Shown one piece after another: positions 17,486 to 27,255 of a stretch of DNA of 34,997 nt. Below the pieces are notes generated by a model. That model was not told the origin of the DNA and made no database searches. It was given only the letters and a program-made list of their open reading frames with translations. The translations under genes were made by a program, and so were the position numbers. Numbering within the stretch: the stretch's first letter is position 1; the number at the start of each line of letters is the position of its first letter. The DNA comes from Dehalococcoidia bacterium (GTDB lineage: Bacteria > Chloroflexota > Dehalococcoidia > E44-bin15). Location of the stretch: the NCBI GenBank assembly GCA_014859165.1, contig JACUUT010000003.1, forward strand, positions 1 through 34,997, in the 5' to 3' direction.

Positions 17486-19036
17486 ATGGCGATTGAAGAG
17501 AGGATAGCGAGCTTAACCAAATTCAGGGCAGAGTCAAAGCTGGGTGGTGGCGACAAGCGGATTGAGGCCCAGCATGAGAAGGGCAAATTTACCGCTAGAG
17601 AGCGCATTGCCCTCCTCCTCGATGAGGGAAGCTTTGTGGAGCTTGATGCCTTTGTTACCCATCGCGCCACCGAGTTCGGGCTTGCCGATAAGAAATTTTT
17701 AGGCGATGCTATAGTTACTGGGTATGGAAAGATAGACGGCAGGCTTGTTTATCTCTTCGCGCAGGATTTCACCGTCTTCGGAGGGTCGCTTTCGAAGGTG
17801 GTAGCCGAGAAGACTTGTAAGGTGATGGACCTGGCGGTTAAGAACGGTGCTCCTATCATCGGACTCCTGGACTCCGGCGGGGCGAGAATTCAGGAGGGGG
17901 TGGACAGCCTCGCCGGATATGGCGATATATTCTACCGTAATACCATATACTCAGGGGTTATCCCCCAGATCTCGGTGATCATGGGCCCTGCTGCTGGCGG
18001 AGCGGTTTACTCCCCTGCCATCACCGACTTCATCTTCATGGTGAATGGAACGGCGCAGATGTATATCACCGGTCCAGATGTGATCAAAGCGACCACCGGT
18101 GAGGTGGTAACCCACGAAGAACTCGGCGGGGCGGTGGTTCACGCTGAAACCAGCGGGAATTGCCATTTTGTCGCCGAGAATGATGAAGAATGCCTGAAGA
18201 TGGTGCGTCAGCTCCTCAGCTATCTCCCTCAGAACAATAGGGAGAAGACCCCCTTGGTGGAGATCACCGATGACCCCGATAGAATGGATGAGGAGCTCCT
18301 TTACATCGTTCCGGAGGACCCCACCAAGGCATACAATATGAAAAAGGTCATCTGGAGAGTAGTGGATAACGGTGAATTTATGGAGGTTCATGAGAGCTTC
18401 GCCCCAAACATTATCACCGGCTTTGCCAGGCTCAATGGGCGCGCGGTGGGCATTGTTGCTCAGCAACCCTCCGTATCGGCAGGGTGTCTCGATATTGATG
18501 CCTCTGATAAAGCCGCCCGGTTTGTGCGCTTCCTCGATTGCTTCAATATCCCTATAATCACCTTCGTCGATGTCCCTGGATATATGCCCGGCGTCGATCA
18601 GGAATATGGGGGGATCATCAGGCATGGCGCTAAGGTGCTCTTCGCCTACGCCGAGGCTACCGCTCCCAAGGTTACCACCATTACCCGTAAAGCCTATGGT
18701 GGTGCATACATAGCGATGAGCAGCAAGCACCTCGGGGCCGACATCAACTATGCCTGGCCCATTGCCGAGATCGCGGTGATGGGGCCCGATGGTGCGGTGA
18801 ACATCATCTATCGAGACGCCATCAAACAGTCGGAGAACCCTGAGGAGACTCGCAGAACTCTCATCGCCGAATACACACAAAAGTTCGCCAACCCCTATGT
18901 AGCGGCGGGGAGAGGCTATATCGATGATGTCATCGACCCCAGGGAGACACGCCCCAGGCTGATAAAGGCACTGGAGATGCTCCAAAACAAACAGGATACA
19001 AATCCCCCCAAGAAGCATGGGAATATCCCGCTTTAG
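17486..19036 (+). CDS. Acyl-CoA carboxyltransferase subunit (PccB / methylmalonyl-CoA decarboxylase alpha / transcarboxylase 12S-like)
   Basis: [57 protein letters not shown]-terminal KKHGNIPL. Confidence 0.93.
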   Translation: MAIEERIASLTKFRAESKLGGGDKRIEAQHEKGKFTARERIALLLDEGSFVELDAFVTHRATEFGLADKKFLGDAIVTGYGKIDGRLVYLFAQDFTVFGGSLSKVVAEKTCKVMDLAVKNGAPIIGLLDSGGARIQEGVDSLAGYGDIFYRNTIYSGVIPQISVIMGPAAGGAVYSPAITDFIFMVNGTAQMYITGPDVIKATTGEVVTHEELGGAVVHAETSGNCHFVAENDEECLKMVRQLLSYLPQNNREKTPLVEITDDPDRMDEELLYIVPEDPTKAYNMKKVIWRVVDNGEFMEVHESFAPNIITGFARLNGRAVGIVAQQPSVSAGCLDIDASDKAARFVRFLDCFNIPIITFVDVPGYMPGVDQEYGGIIRHGAKVLFAYAEATAPKVTTITRKAYGGAYIAMSSKHLGADINYAWPIAEIAVMGPDGAVNIIYRDAIKQSENPEETRRTLIAEYTQKFANPYVAAGRGYIDDVIDPRETRPRLIKALEMLQNKQDTNPPKKHGNIPL

Positions 19037-19102
19037 GGGAAACGGCGGGATAGTATTACGGATGATTTGTCTTTAGACAAGAGTCTTTGGGAGGTGGAAG
19101 CT

Positions 19103-20755
19103 ATGACTGGCATTGGAGAGGTCCCATATAAGGCAAGCGATTTGACTACCGAAAAAGTGAAGGATAGGCCAAAAGCAGCAAACCCGGTTAAGGTCTGTGA
19201 TACCACCTTTCGAGATGGACACCAGTCCGCTCTAGCCACCAGGATGCGAACCGAGGATATGGAATGGATGGCTGAGGAGATGAACAAATGTGGCTTCTAT
19301 TCCATGGAGGTTTGGGGAGGGGCAACCTTTGATGTCCCCCACCGCTTTTTGGGTGAGGACCCTTGGGACAGGCCTCGGAAATTGAAGAGGCTCATGCCTG
19401 ATACCCCATTGCAGATGCTCCTCAGAGGGCAGAACCTGGTTGCCTATCGAAACCACCACGATGATCTGGTCGATTGCTTCGTTGAGAATGCTGCCGAGGT
19501 GGGGATTGATATCTTCCGCGTCTTTGATGCCGTGAATGACGAGCGCAATCACGAACGCGCCGCTAAGGCAATCAAGAGGGTAGGAAAGCATTACCAAGGG
19601 GCGATATGTTATTCCCTCACCCAGCCCCGAATGGGTGGACCGGTGTATAACCTGGATTACTATGTCAAGAAAGCCCTCATCCTGCGGGATTTAGGTGCTG
19701 ATAGCATCTGTATTAAGGACCAGGCAGGGCTGATCTCCCCATATGATGCCTATGAGCTAATCAAAGCCCTAAAGGAGGTCTTAGATATCCCTGTCGAGCT
19801 CCATACCCACTACACTAGCGGACAGGGTTCCATGTCTCTATTAAAGGCGATCGAGGCTGGGGTTGATATCATCGATACTGCTCTATCCCCCTTCGCCTTA
19901 AGGTCTTCACAGCCGGCCATTGAGCCAATTGTGGTGGCTCTTTATGGGACAGATAGGGATACAGGGCTTGATGTCGAGCAACTATTAAAGTGTGGCCAGA
20001 TGCTTGAGCAGATAGCCCCCAAGTACAGGGATTTCCTGGACACCTCAGCGATGTCGGTCATCGACACCGGTGTGCTCGTCCATCAGATCCCTGGTGGGAT
20101 GACCACTAACCTAGTGGCCCAGCTAAGAGAGGCTGATGCGCTTCATAGGTTGGATGAATGCCGGGCGATGACGGCAAAGACTCGTGCGGAGCTCGGCTAT
20201 CCTCCCCTGGTTACTCCTACAAGCCAGATTGTGGGGGCTCAAGCGGTGCAGAACACCCTCTTCGGGCCTTACAAGTTTATCTCTAAAGAGGTGAAGGACT
20301 ACTGTTGGGGCCTATATGGTAAGCCACCAGTCCCCATTGACCCTAAGATCCAGAAGATGGTGCTTAAGGGCTATGAGCGTGGCGAGGAGCCGATCACCTG
20401 TCGCGCCGCCGACATGGTGAAGCCAGAGCTAGAGAAGGCTCACGAGGCCACAAAGGGTATCGCCAAAGATGACAAAGATGTGTTAACTTACGCCCTCTAT
20501 CCCACCACCGGGATGCGTTTCCTGAGATACAAATATGGATTGGACAAGGAGATCCCAGCAGATTGGAAGCCTCCCCGTGCCCCAAAGACCATGGAGGAGG
20601 TGAAGCGAGAGGATGAGCTTATCGCCAAGGTGAAGGAGGGCAAGCTTATGGAGGAGGTGGCCTCACCCTTGAAGCTGGAGCGCAGGGTTTATAGTATCTC
20701 TATGGGGGATGAGCAATACCGAGTGGAGGTGGAGCCAATTGATGAGGGCTGTTAG
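19103..20755 (+). CDS. Pyruvate/oxaloacetate carboxyltransferase (PycB/OadA/transcarboxylase 5S-like) without a biotinyl domain
   Basis: DTTFRDGHQS, EVWGGATFD, QMLLRGQN, IKDQAG, LHTH, HQIPGGM, PPLVTPTSQIVG; no AMKM motif; GGAGGT RBS before ATG 19103. Confidence 0.9.
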   Translation: MTGIGEVPYKASDLTTEKVKDRPKAANPVKVCDTTFRDGHQSALATRMRTEDMEWMAEEMNKCGFYSMEVWGGATFDVPHRFLGEDPWDRPRKLKRLMPDTPLQMLLRGQNLVAYRNHHDDLVDCFVENAAEVGIDIFRVFDAVNDERNHERAAKAIKRVGKHYQGAICYSLTQPRMGGPVYNLDYYVKKALILRDLGADSICIKDQAGLISPYDAYELIKALKEVLDIPVELHTHYTSGQGSMSLLKAIEAGVDIIDTALSPFALRSSQPAIEPIVVALYGTDRDTGLDVEQLLKCGQMLEQIAPKYRDFLDTSAMSVIDTGVLVHQIPGGMTTNLVAQLREADALHRLDECRAMTAKTRAELGYPPLVTPTSQIVGAQAVQNTLFGPYKFISKEVKDYCWGLYGKPPVPIDPKIQKMVLKGYERGEEPITCRAADMVKPELEKAHEATKGIAKDDKDVLTYALYPTTGMRFLRYKYGLDKEIPADWKPPRAPKTMEEVKREDELIAKVKEGKLMEEVASPLKLERRVYSISMGDEQYRVEVEPIDEGC

Positions 20756-22009
20756 ATGGGTAAGACCCTCGCCGAGAAGATCCTGAGCGAGAAGTCAGGG
20801 AGCGATGCCCATGCTGGAGATATTGTTATTGCCAAGGTTGACCTTGCCTTCCTCCAGGATGGCACCGGACCCCTGGCGCTGCGGCAACTTCAAGCAAGCG
20901 AACTTGAGCGGATAGCCACTCCAGCGAAGGTAATCATATTTTTAGACCATGCCTCCCCCAGCCCTTCTCGGGAGCTCGCCAACGACCACATCCTCCTGCG
21001 CGACTTCACACGAAAGAGCGGTGTCCAGCTTTGCGATGTGGGAGAAGGTATTTGCCACCAACTTATTGCTGAATCCTATGCCAACCCGGGCGAGGTAGTT
21101 ATTGGCGCCGATTCCCATACCGTGACCGCAGGGGCACTGGGGGCATTTGCCACGGGGATGGGCTCTACAGATGTCGCCATCGCCATCGCTTTAGGGAAAA
21201 CTTGGCTCAGGGTGCCGGAGAGCTTCAAGATAGTGGTCAGGGGCAGCTTCAAAAGGGGGGTATATGCCAAAGACCTCGCCCTTCACATTATTGGCAAGAT
21301 CGGTGCCGATGGCGCCACCTACAGGGCGCTGGAGTTTTGCGGCGAAAATATTGAAAACATGGGCATGTCGGAGCGCTTCACTCTAGCTAATATGGCGGTG
21401 GAGGCCGGGGCCAAGGCAGGGCTCTTCTCCTCCGATGAGACCACCCGTCGGTATCTTGAATCTCACGCTCGCAGCGATCTCTTTCGTTCTATTCGACCTG
21501 ACCCTGATGCCGAGTATGAACAAATTATCGAGATCGATGTCTCAAGTCTGGAGCCAATGGTGTCTAAACCCCACGCCGTAGATAACATTGCCCCAGCCAA
21601 GGAGCTAAAGGGCGAAAAGATTCAGCAGGTCTTCATCGGCACCTGCACTAATGGTCGTCTTGAGGATCTAGCAACTGCTGCGGCGATCCTAAAAGGGCGA
21701 AAACGCCATCCCGCGACCAGGCTTCTGATCGCTCCGGCATCCAAAGAGGTGCTCACACAAGCGATAGGCGCCGGGTATATTCAGACCTTCCTTGAGGCGG
21801 GAGGGACTGTTCTGCCACCCGGTTGTGGCCCATGTGTCGGGGTGCATCAGGGGGTGCTTGGGGATGGGGAGGCTTGCCTTTCCACGGCCAACCGCAATTT
21901 CAGAGGGCGCATGGGAAATCCCGAGGCTTTTATCTATCTGGGGAGTCCAGCGACCGCCGCAGCAAGCGCCATCGCCGGTGAGATCACCGACCCCAGGGAG
22001 CTTATGTAG
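20756..22009 (+). CDS. LeuC/HacA-type [4Fe-4S] hydro-lyase large subunit (probable aconitase/homoaconitase)
   Basis: GKTLAEKIL, FLDH, GICHQ, GADSHT, IGTCTNGR, PGCGPC, STANRNFRGRMG. Confidence 0.9.
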   Translation: MGKTLAEKILSEKSGSDAHAGDIVIAKVDLAFLQDGTGPLALRQLQASELERIATPAKVIIFLDHASPSPSRELANDHILLRDFTRKSGVQLCDVGEGICHQLIAESYANPGEVVIGADSHTVTAGALGAFATGMGSTDVAIAIALGKTWLRVPESFKIVVRGSFKRGVYAKDLALHIIGKIGADGATYRALEFCGENIENMGMSERFTLANMAVEAGAKAGLFSSDETTRRYLESHARSDLFRSIRPDPDAEYEQIIEIDVSSLEPMVSKPHAVDNIAPAKELKGEKIQQVFIGTCTNGRLEDLATAAAILKGRKRHPATRLLIAPASKEVLTQAIGAGYIQTFLEAGGTVLPPGCGPCVGVHQGVLGDGEACLSTANRNFRGRMGNPEAFIYLGSPATAAASAIAGEITDPRELM

Positions 22010-22513
22010 ATGCTCAAGGGAAAGGCTTTCAAGTTCGGGGATAATATCTCCACCGATGACATCACACCGGGGAGATTTTTTCACCTGAGGAGCAACCTGC
22101 CTGAGCTGGCAAAGCACCTTCTGGAGGATGTTGCCCCCAGCTTCACCTCAAGGGTGGAGCCCGGCGATTTCATCGTTGCCGGCGTAAACTTCGGGCTGGG
22201 CTCAAGTAGGGAGCATGCCGCCGTCGTTATCAAGATGGCTGGCGTCGCCGCCGTCCTGGCAAAGTCTGCGGCGCGCATCTTCTTTAGAAACGCCATCAAT
22301 GTCGGGCTCCCCGTTCTTATATGCGATACTGATAAGATAAGCGATGGGGATGAGCTTGAAGTTGACCTTGCGGGAGGCATGGTTAAAAATCTCACCAGCG
22401 GGGTGGTGCTCCCCCTGGGCCGGTTCCCCGATGTGATGCTCAGGATTCTTGACGAGGGTGGGCTTATCCCTTATATTAAGAAGCACGGAGATTTCAGCCT
22501 CCAATCTCGATAA
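22010..22513 (+). CDS. LeuD/HacB-type small subunit
   Basis: FGDNISTDDITPG, HLRS, NFGLGSSREHA, ARIFFRNAINVG. Confidence 0.9.
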   Translation: MLKGKAFKFGDNISTDDITPGRFFHLRSNLPELAKHLLEDVAPSFTSRVEPGDFIVAGVNFGLGSSREHAAVVIKMAGVAAVLAKSAARIFFRNAINVGLPVLICDTDKISDGDELEVDLAGGMVKNLTSGVVLPLGRFPDVMLRILDEGGLIPYIKKHGDFSLQSR

Positions 22514-22524
22514 GGAGATGAATC

Positions 22525-23607
22525 TTGGCTTATACTATTACCCTGATCCCAGGCGATGGCATCGGCCCTGAGGTTACCGAGGCCACAGTAAGGGTTCTGG
22601 AGGCAACAGGTATCAATTTCCACTGGGACTTGGCTTTCGCTGGCGATCGTGCCCAGGATAAGTATGGCACCCCCCTGCCTGATTACCTCTTCGACTCCAT
22701 CAGGAAAAACAAGGTGACCCTCAAAGGCCCCATCACCACCCCCATTGCTTCTGGCTTCCGAAGCGTCAATGTGGCGCTCAGAAAGGAGCTTGACCTCTAT
22801 GTTTGCCTTCGCCCCTGCAAGACCTATCCCGGTGCTCCTTCCATTTACAAGGATGTCGATATTGTAGTGGTCAGGGAGAATACCGAAGACCTCTACATGG
22901 GGATCGAGTATCGGGGGGAGACCCCAGCGGCAGCAAGACTCCTGCGCCTCATTGCAGAGGAAAGCGGGGATCGGGTCAAGGCGGATTCGAGCTTTAGCAT
23001 TAAGGCCATCTCCCGGAGCGCCAGCAGAAGGGTAGTGAAGTTTGCCTTCGAATATGCTCGCCAAAATGGGAGGAGAAAGGTAACCGCGGTGCACAAGGCT
23101 AACATCCTGAAGTTCACCGATGGGCTCTTTTTGACCACCGCCGTTGAAGTCGCCAGGGATTACCCCGATATTGAATTTGAAACCACGATCGTTGATAGCT
23201 TGTGCATGCAGCTAGTGAGGTTCCCGCAGCGCCATGACGTCCTGGTTCTTCCCAATCTCTACGGTGATATCGTTTCCGAGCTTTGCGCTGGGCTCATCGG
23301 GGGTCTGGGGCTCGCCCCTGGAGCCAACATCGGGGATGACATCGCCATCTTTGAACCGACTCATGGCAGTGCCCCTAAATACGCCGGTCAAAACAAGGTG
23401 AATCCTATGGCAATGATGCTCTCGGGGGTATTGATGCTCCGCCACATCGGGGAGAAAGGTGCTGCCGATAGGGTGGAGAGCGCAGTTGCACAGGCTATCG
23501 CTGAGGGGAACGCTGTTACCTACGATATGAAGCCCGACCGCAATGACCCCACAGCAGTGGGCACCTCCCAGGTAGCTGATGCAGTGATCAAAAAAATGAA
23601 GGAATAG
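22525..23607 (+). CDS. icd: Isocitrate dehydrogenase (beta-decarboxylating dehydrogenase family), likely NADP-dependent
   Basis: [17 protein letters not shown] (isocitrate-type Ser/Asn), [25 protein letters not shown]; TTG start with AAGGAG RBS. Confidence 0.8.
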   Translation: MAYTITLIPGDGIGPEVTEATVRVLEATGINFHWDLAFAGDRAQDKYGTPLPDYLFDSIRKNKVTLKGPITTPIASGFRSVNVALRKELDLYVCLRPCKTYPGAPSIYKDVDIVVVRENTEDLYMGIEYRGETPAAARLLRLIAEESGDRVKADSSFSIKAISRSASRRVVKFAFEYARQNGRRKVTAVHKANILKFTDGLFLTTAVEVARDYPDIEFETTIVDSLCMQLVRFPQRHDVLVLPNLYGDIVSELCAGLIGGLGLAPGANIGDDIAIFEPTHGSAPKYAGQNKVNPMAMMLSGVLMLRHIGEKGAADRVESAVAQAIAEGNAVTYDMKPDRNDPTAVGTSQVADAVIKKMKE

Positions 23608-23611
23608 AACA

Positions 23612-24550
23612 ATGCGAAGGAAAGTAACCATCGTCGGCGCTGGGAATGTGGGTGCCTCTTGCGCGCAACGAATCGCCGAAAAGGGATACGCCGATGTGGT
23701 GCTGGTGGACATCATTGAGGGGTTGCCTCAAGGGAAAGCGCTGGATATACTCCAGAGCGGACCAGTTATTGCTTCTGATTCCCGCCTCATTGGCACCAAT
23801 AGCTATGAGGAAACGGCGGATTCCGATATCGTTGTCATCACCTCCGGGGTGCCCAGAAATCCTGGGATGAGCAGAAATGACTTGGTGTTCACCAATATGG
23901 AGATCATTAGAGGGGTCACCGAGAATGTAGCGAGGTATTCCCCCAACTGCATCATTATCATGGTCACCAACCCCCTTGATGCTATGGCTCAATTGGCGCT
24001 TCAGGTGAGTAAGTTCCCCAGAAATCGTGTCTGTGGGCAGTCCGGCATCCTTGATACTACAAGATTTCGAACCTTTCTGGCTATGGAGTTGGATGTCTCA
24101 GTGGAGGATGTATTCGCTTGTGTCCTTGGGGGGCATGACGACACCATGGTTGCCATCCCCAGGCTCACCACCGTTGGCGGCATACCGATAGCCGAACTTC
24201 TCCCTAAAGAGACCATCGATCGCATCGTGGAGCGCACCGTAAAGGGCGGTAGCGAGATCGTGAGCCTCCTCAAGAGAGGAAGTGCCTACTATGCCCCCTC
24301 AGCGGCAGTGGCCCAAATGGTGGATTCGATACTCCTGGATAAGAAGCGGATCCTGCCCTGCGCCGCCTACCTTGAGGGCGAATATGGCATTGATGGGGTA
24401 TTTGTCGGTGTCCCGGTAAAGCTGGGAGCCAATGGAATCGAGCAGATCATCGAGATAAAGCTCACCCCTGAGGAGGATGCAGCGTTGAGGAAGTCGGCTG
24501 AGGCGGTGAGGGAACTGGTGGATGTAATGAAGCCAGGACTAAAAAAGTGA
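23612..24550 (+). CDS. mdh: Malate dehydrogenase (LDH-like type)
   Basis: [42 protein letters not shown]. Confidence 0.9.
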   Translation: MRRKVTIVGAGNVGASCAQRIAEKGYADVVLVDIIEGLPQGKALDILQSGPVIASDSRLIGTNSYEETADSDIVVITSGVPRNPGMSRNDLVFTNMEIIRGVTENVARYSPNCIIIMVTNPLDAMAQLALQVSKFPRNRVCGQSGILDTTRFRTFLAMELDVSVEDVFACVLGGHDDTMVAIPRLTTVGGIPIAELLPKETIDRIVERTVKGGSEIVSLLKRGSAYYAPSAAVAQMVDSILLDKKRILPCAAYLEGEYGIDGVFVGVPVKLGANGIEQIIEIKLTPEEDAALRKSAEAVRELVDVMKPGLKK

Positions 24551-25392
24551 GGGATATTGATTCAAAAAAAATAACAGAGACAGTGGCTCGCCTGTGTCAG
24601 GAGGCGAATTTCTACTTGGGCGAGGATGTTCTGGATTCGCTGAAGCAGGTAATGGATAAAGAGGAGGCACCTTTGGGGCGTCAGGTCTTAGAGCAAATCC
24701 TGGAGAATGCCAGTATCGCGGCAAAAGAGAAAATCCCCCTGTGCCAGGACACAGGGATCACGGTGGTCTATCTGTGGCTGGGTCAGGATGCCCATATCGT
24801 TGGCGGCGACCTTTATGATGCGGTGCAGGAAGGGGTGCGCCAGGGCTACCGCCAGGGGTATCTGCGAAATTCCATAGTAACAAGGCCCTTCTCGGCAAGG
24901 GTGAACACCAATGATAACACCCCTGCTATGATTCATGCGGAGATAGTGAGCGGCGATAATCTGCGCATTGTGGTTATGCCCAAAGGAGAGGGTAGCGAGA
25001 ACACGAGCCGCCTCACCATGCTCAACCCCGCCGATGGTCGCCAGGGTGTCATCGACTTCGTAGTCAGGACTGTGGAAGAGGCGGGAAGCGACCCCTGCCC
25101 TCCAGTCATTGTCGGCTTGGGGATTGGGGGAACAACAGGAAGGGTGATGATACTGGCAAAGATGGCGCTTCTGCGCAAGGTGGGGGAGCCCAATCCTGAC
25201 CCTGAGGTAGCAGAGCTGGAGAGGGAGATACTGGAAAGGGTAAATAGACTGGGCATTGGGCCGCAGGGTTTTGGCGGAAGTACCACTGCCCTGGCGGTGC
25301 ACGCCGCGGTCATTCCCTGCCATATGAGTGCCCTCCCGGTAGCCGTCAATATGCAATGCCACGCCGCCCGCTATAAGGAGGCAGTGCTTTAA
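24547..25392 (+). CDS. fumA: Fumarate hydratase class I / tartrate dehydratase-type alpha subunit
   Basis: [46 protein letters not shown]. Confidence 0.85.
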   Translation: MRDIDSKKITETVARLCQEANFYLGEDVLDSLKQVMDKEEAPLGRQVLEQILENASIAAKEKIPLCQDTGITVVYLWLGQDAHIVGGDLYDAVQEGVRQGYRQGYLRNSIVTRPFSARVNTNDNTPAMIHAEIVSGDNLRIVVMPKGEGSENTSRLTMLNPADGRQGVIDFVVRTVEEAGSDPCPPVIVGLGIGGTTGRVMILAKMALLRKVGEPNPDPEVAELEREILERVNRLGIGPQGFGGSTTALAVHAAVIPCHMSALPVAVNMQCHAARYKEAVL

Positions 25393-25407
25393 AAATATCT
25401 TATTGAA

Positions 25408-25959
25408 ATGGATATTATATCGCCTTTCGATCCCCAGGTAATAGAAAAGCTTAGGGCTGGAGACCAGGTCTCCATCACGGGGGTCATCTATACTGCCCGC
25501 GACGCTGCCCATAGAAGGCTCGTCGAGGCCATGGACTGCGGTGAGGAATTGCCCTTCGATATTCATGGTCAGACCATTTACTACACGGCTCCCTCCACTG
25601 CCAAGCCTGGGCAGGTTATTGGCGCCGCAGGACCCACCACCAGCGGGCGGATGGATGCCTACTCGCCTCGCCTCATCGCCGCAGGGCTCAAGGGGATGAT
25701 CGGAAAGGGATCACGCTCCAGGGAAGTGAAGGATGCGATCAAGAAACATAAAGCCATTTACTTCGCCGCTATCGGAGGGGCTGGGGCACTGATCGCCAGA
25801 TCGATAAAGAATGCTGAGGTGGTGGGCTACAAGGATTTGGGGGCGGAGGCAATCATGCGCCTTGAGGTGGAGAACTTCCACGCCATCGTCATAAACGATG
25901 CCCACGGAGGGGATTTATTCGAGGAAGGGATGGCTAAGTACCAAAAGGAATTAAAATGA
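25408..25959 (+). CDS. fumB: Fumarate hydratase class I beta subunit
   Basis: YTARDAAH, GPTTSGRMD, MIGKG, GGAGAL, DLGAEA, DAHGGDL. Confidence 0.85.
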   Translation: MDIISPFDPQVIEKLRAGDQVSITGVIYTARDAAHRRLVEAMDCGEELPFDIHGQTIYYTAPSTAKPGQVIGAAGPTTSGRMDAYSPRLIAAGLKGMIGKGSRSREVKDAIKKHKAIYFAAIGGAGALIARSIKNAEVVGYKDLGAEAIMRLEVENFHAIVINDAHGGDLFEEGMAKYQKELK

Positions 25960-26363
25960 GGGTTGAGATTTCAACTAAGAGGATATACAGCGACTTTGTT
26001 AAAAAGGTTGAGGAGATAAACGGGCAAACCCTCCCCCCCTGCTATCAATGCGGCAAGTGCTCGGCGGGATGTCCCATGTCCTTCGCCATGGAGTTGCTTC
26101 CCAATCAGATCATCCGCCTGGTGCAACTGGGGCTGGAGGAGGATATCGCCAAATCAAACACCATCTGGATATGCGCCTCCTGCATCACCTGTTCCCTTCG
26201 CTGCCCGAGGGGGGTGGACCTGGCAAGGGTAATGGAGGCATTAAGGCTTATCACCATGAGGAAAAATATCGATCATGTGAAAATATCGGAGATTCCCCAA
26301 GAAACCATCGCTGAACTCCCTCAGCTCGCCATGGTGGGTGGCTTCAGGAAGCTCACCGCTTGA
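25956..26363 (+). CDS. hdrC: Heterodisulfide reductase subunit C-like
   Basis: CYQCGKCSAGCP and WICASCITCSLRCP; ATGA overlap with the fumB stop. Confidence 0.88.
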   Translation: MRVEISTKRIYSDFVKKVEEINGQTLPPCYQCGKCSAGCPMSFAMELLPNQIIRLVQLGLEEDIAKSNTIWICASCITCSLRCPRGVDLARVMEALRLITMRKNIDHVKISEIPQETIAELPQLAMVGGFRKLTA

Positions 26364-26372
26364 GGAGAAAGG

Positions 26373-27254
26373 ATGAACCTGAGTTATTATCCGGGATGCA
26401 CCTTAAAAACCAAGGCCAAAAACCTGGAGGATTCCGCCGTGGCTTCGATGGCAGCCCTGGGGGTCAATCTGGTGGAGCTACCACGGTGGAACTGCTGCGG
26501 GACGGTATATTCCTTTGCCGAGGATGAAGAGTTGCATCAGCTAGCCCCAGTTCGCAATCTCATTCGGGTAAAGGAGGTGGAGAGTAACAAGGTCGTAACC
26601 ATATGCTCCTTTTGCTATAACACATTAAAAAGAGCTAACCTGCTGATAACAAATGACCCGGAAAAGAGGAATACCCTCAATACCTTCATGGAAGAAGAGA
26701 TAGATTATAACGGTGAGGTCGAGGTAGTTCACCTTCTTGAGGTATTGAGGGATGAAGTAGGGTGGCAAAGCATCTCTCAGAAGGTGCAGCTCCCCCTCAA
26801 AGGGCTGAAGGTCGCTCCCTATTATGGCTGCACCCTGCTTCGACCGCAAGCGGTAGCCATTGACAATGTGGAAAGACCCACCATAATGCATGACTTGCTT
26901 CAAGCCCTGGGGGCTGAGGTGGTGGACTTCCCCTTTGCCACCGAATGCTGTGGCTCTTATCAAATATTGAGCAACCCGGATTTCGTTTCACATTGCGTCT
27001 GGGATATATTGAGCTCAGCGCTAAGATGGGGGGCTGAGGCCGTGGCCCTTAGCTGCCCCATGTGCGATTTCAACCTTGGTCAAAAGCAGAAAGAGCTGAG
27101 GCAAACACATAGCGGATTTAAGGGGATACCGATCCTCTACTTTACCCAGCTTCTCGCCCTTTCGCTGGGACTGGATCCTGAGGTGTGCCGCTTCGAGCTG
27201 AACTATGTAGACCCTCGTCCTCTTCTGGAAAGCAAGGGATTATTGAGGCAATAG
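26373..27254 (+). CDS. hdrB: Heterodisulfide reductase subunit B-like (two CCG domains)
   Basis: YYPGC..WNCCG..CSFC and YYGC..ECCG..CPMC. Confidence 0.9.
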   Translation: MNLSYYPGCTLKTKAKNLEDSAVASMAALGVNLVELPRWNCCGTVYSFAEDEELHQLAPVRNLIRVKEVESNKVVTICSFCYNTLKRANLLITNDPEKRNTLNTFMEEEIDYNGEVEVVHLLEVLRDEVGWQSISQKVQLPLKGLKVAPYYGCTLLRPQAVAIDNVERPTIMHDLLQALGAEVVDFPFATECCGSYQILSNPDFVSHCVWDILSSALRWGAEAVALSCPMCDFNLGQKQKELRQTHSGFKGIPILYFTQLLALSLGLDPEVCRFELNYVDPRPLLESKGLLRQ

Positions 27255-27255
27255 C

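Noticed and set aside
17951-19018. Long antisense ORFs (355 aa here; also 8597-9400, 24688-25566 and 30861-31928)
   Set aside because: Shadow frames opposite well-conserved genes, with no recognisable motifs.
17486-22513. Four consecutive genes in one reading frame separated only by TAG codons (also 1097-3127 with TAG-ATG junctions), suggesting amber readthrough or recoding
   Set aside because: Each TAG falls at a domain boundary or natural C-terminus (e.g. KKHGNIPL), each downstream start has its own RBS-like sequence, and no TAG interrupts a conserved domain. Translational coupling explains it.
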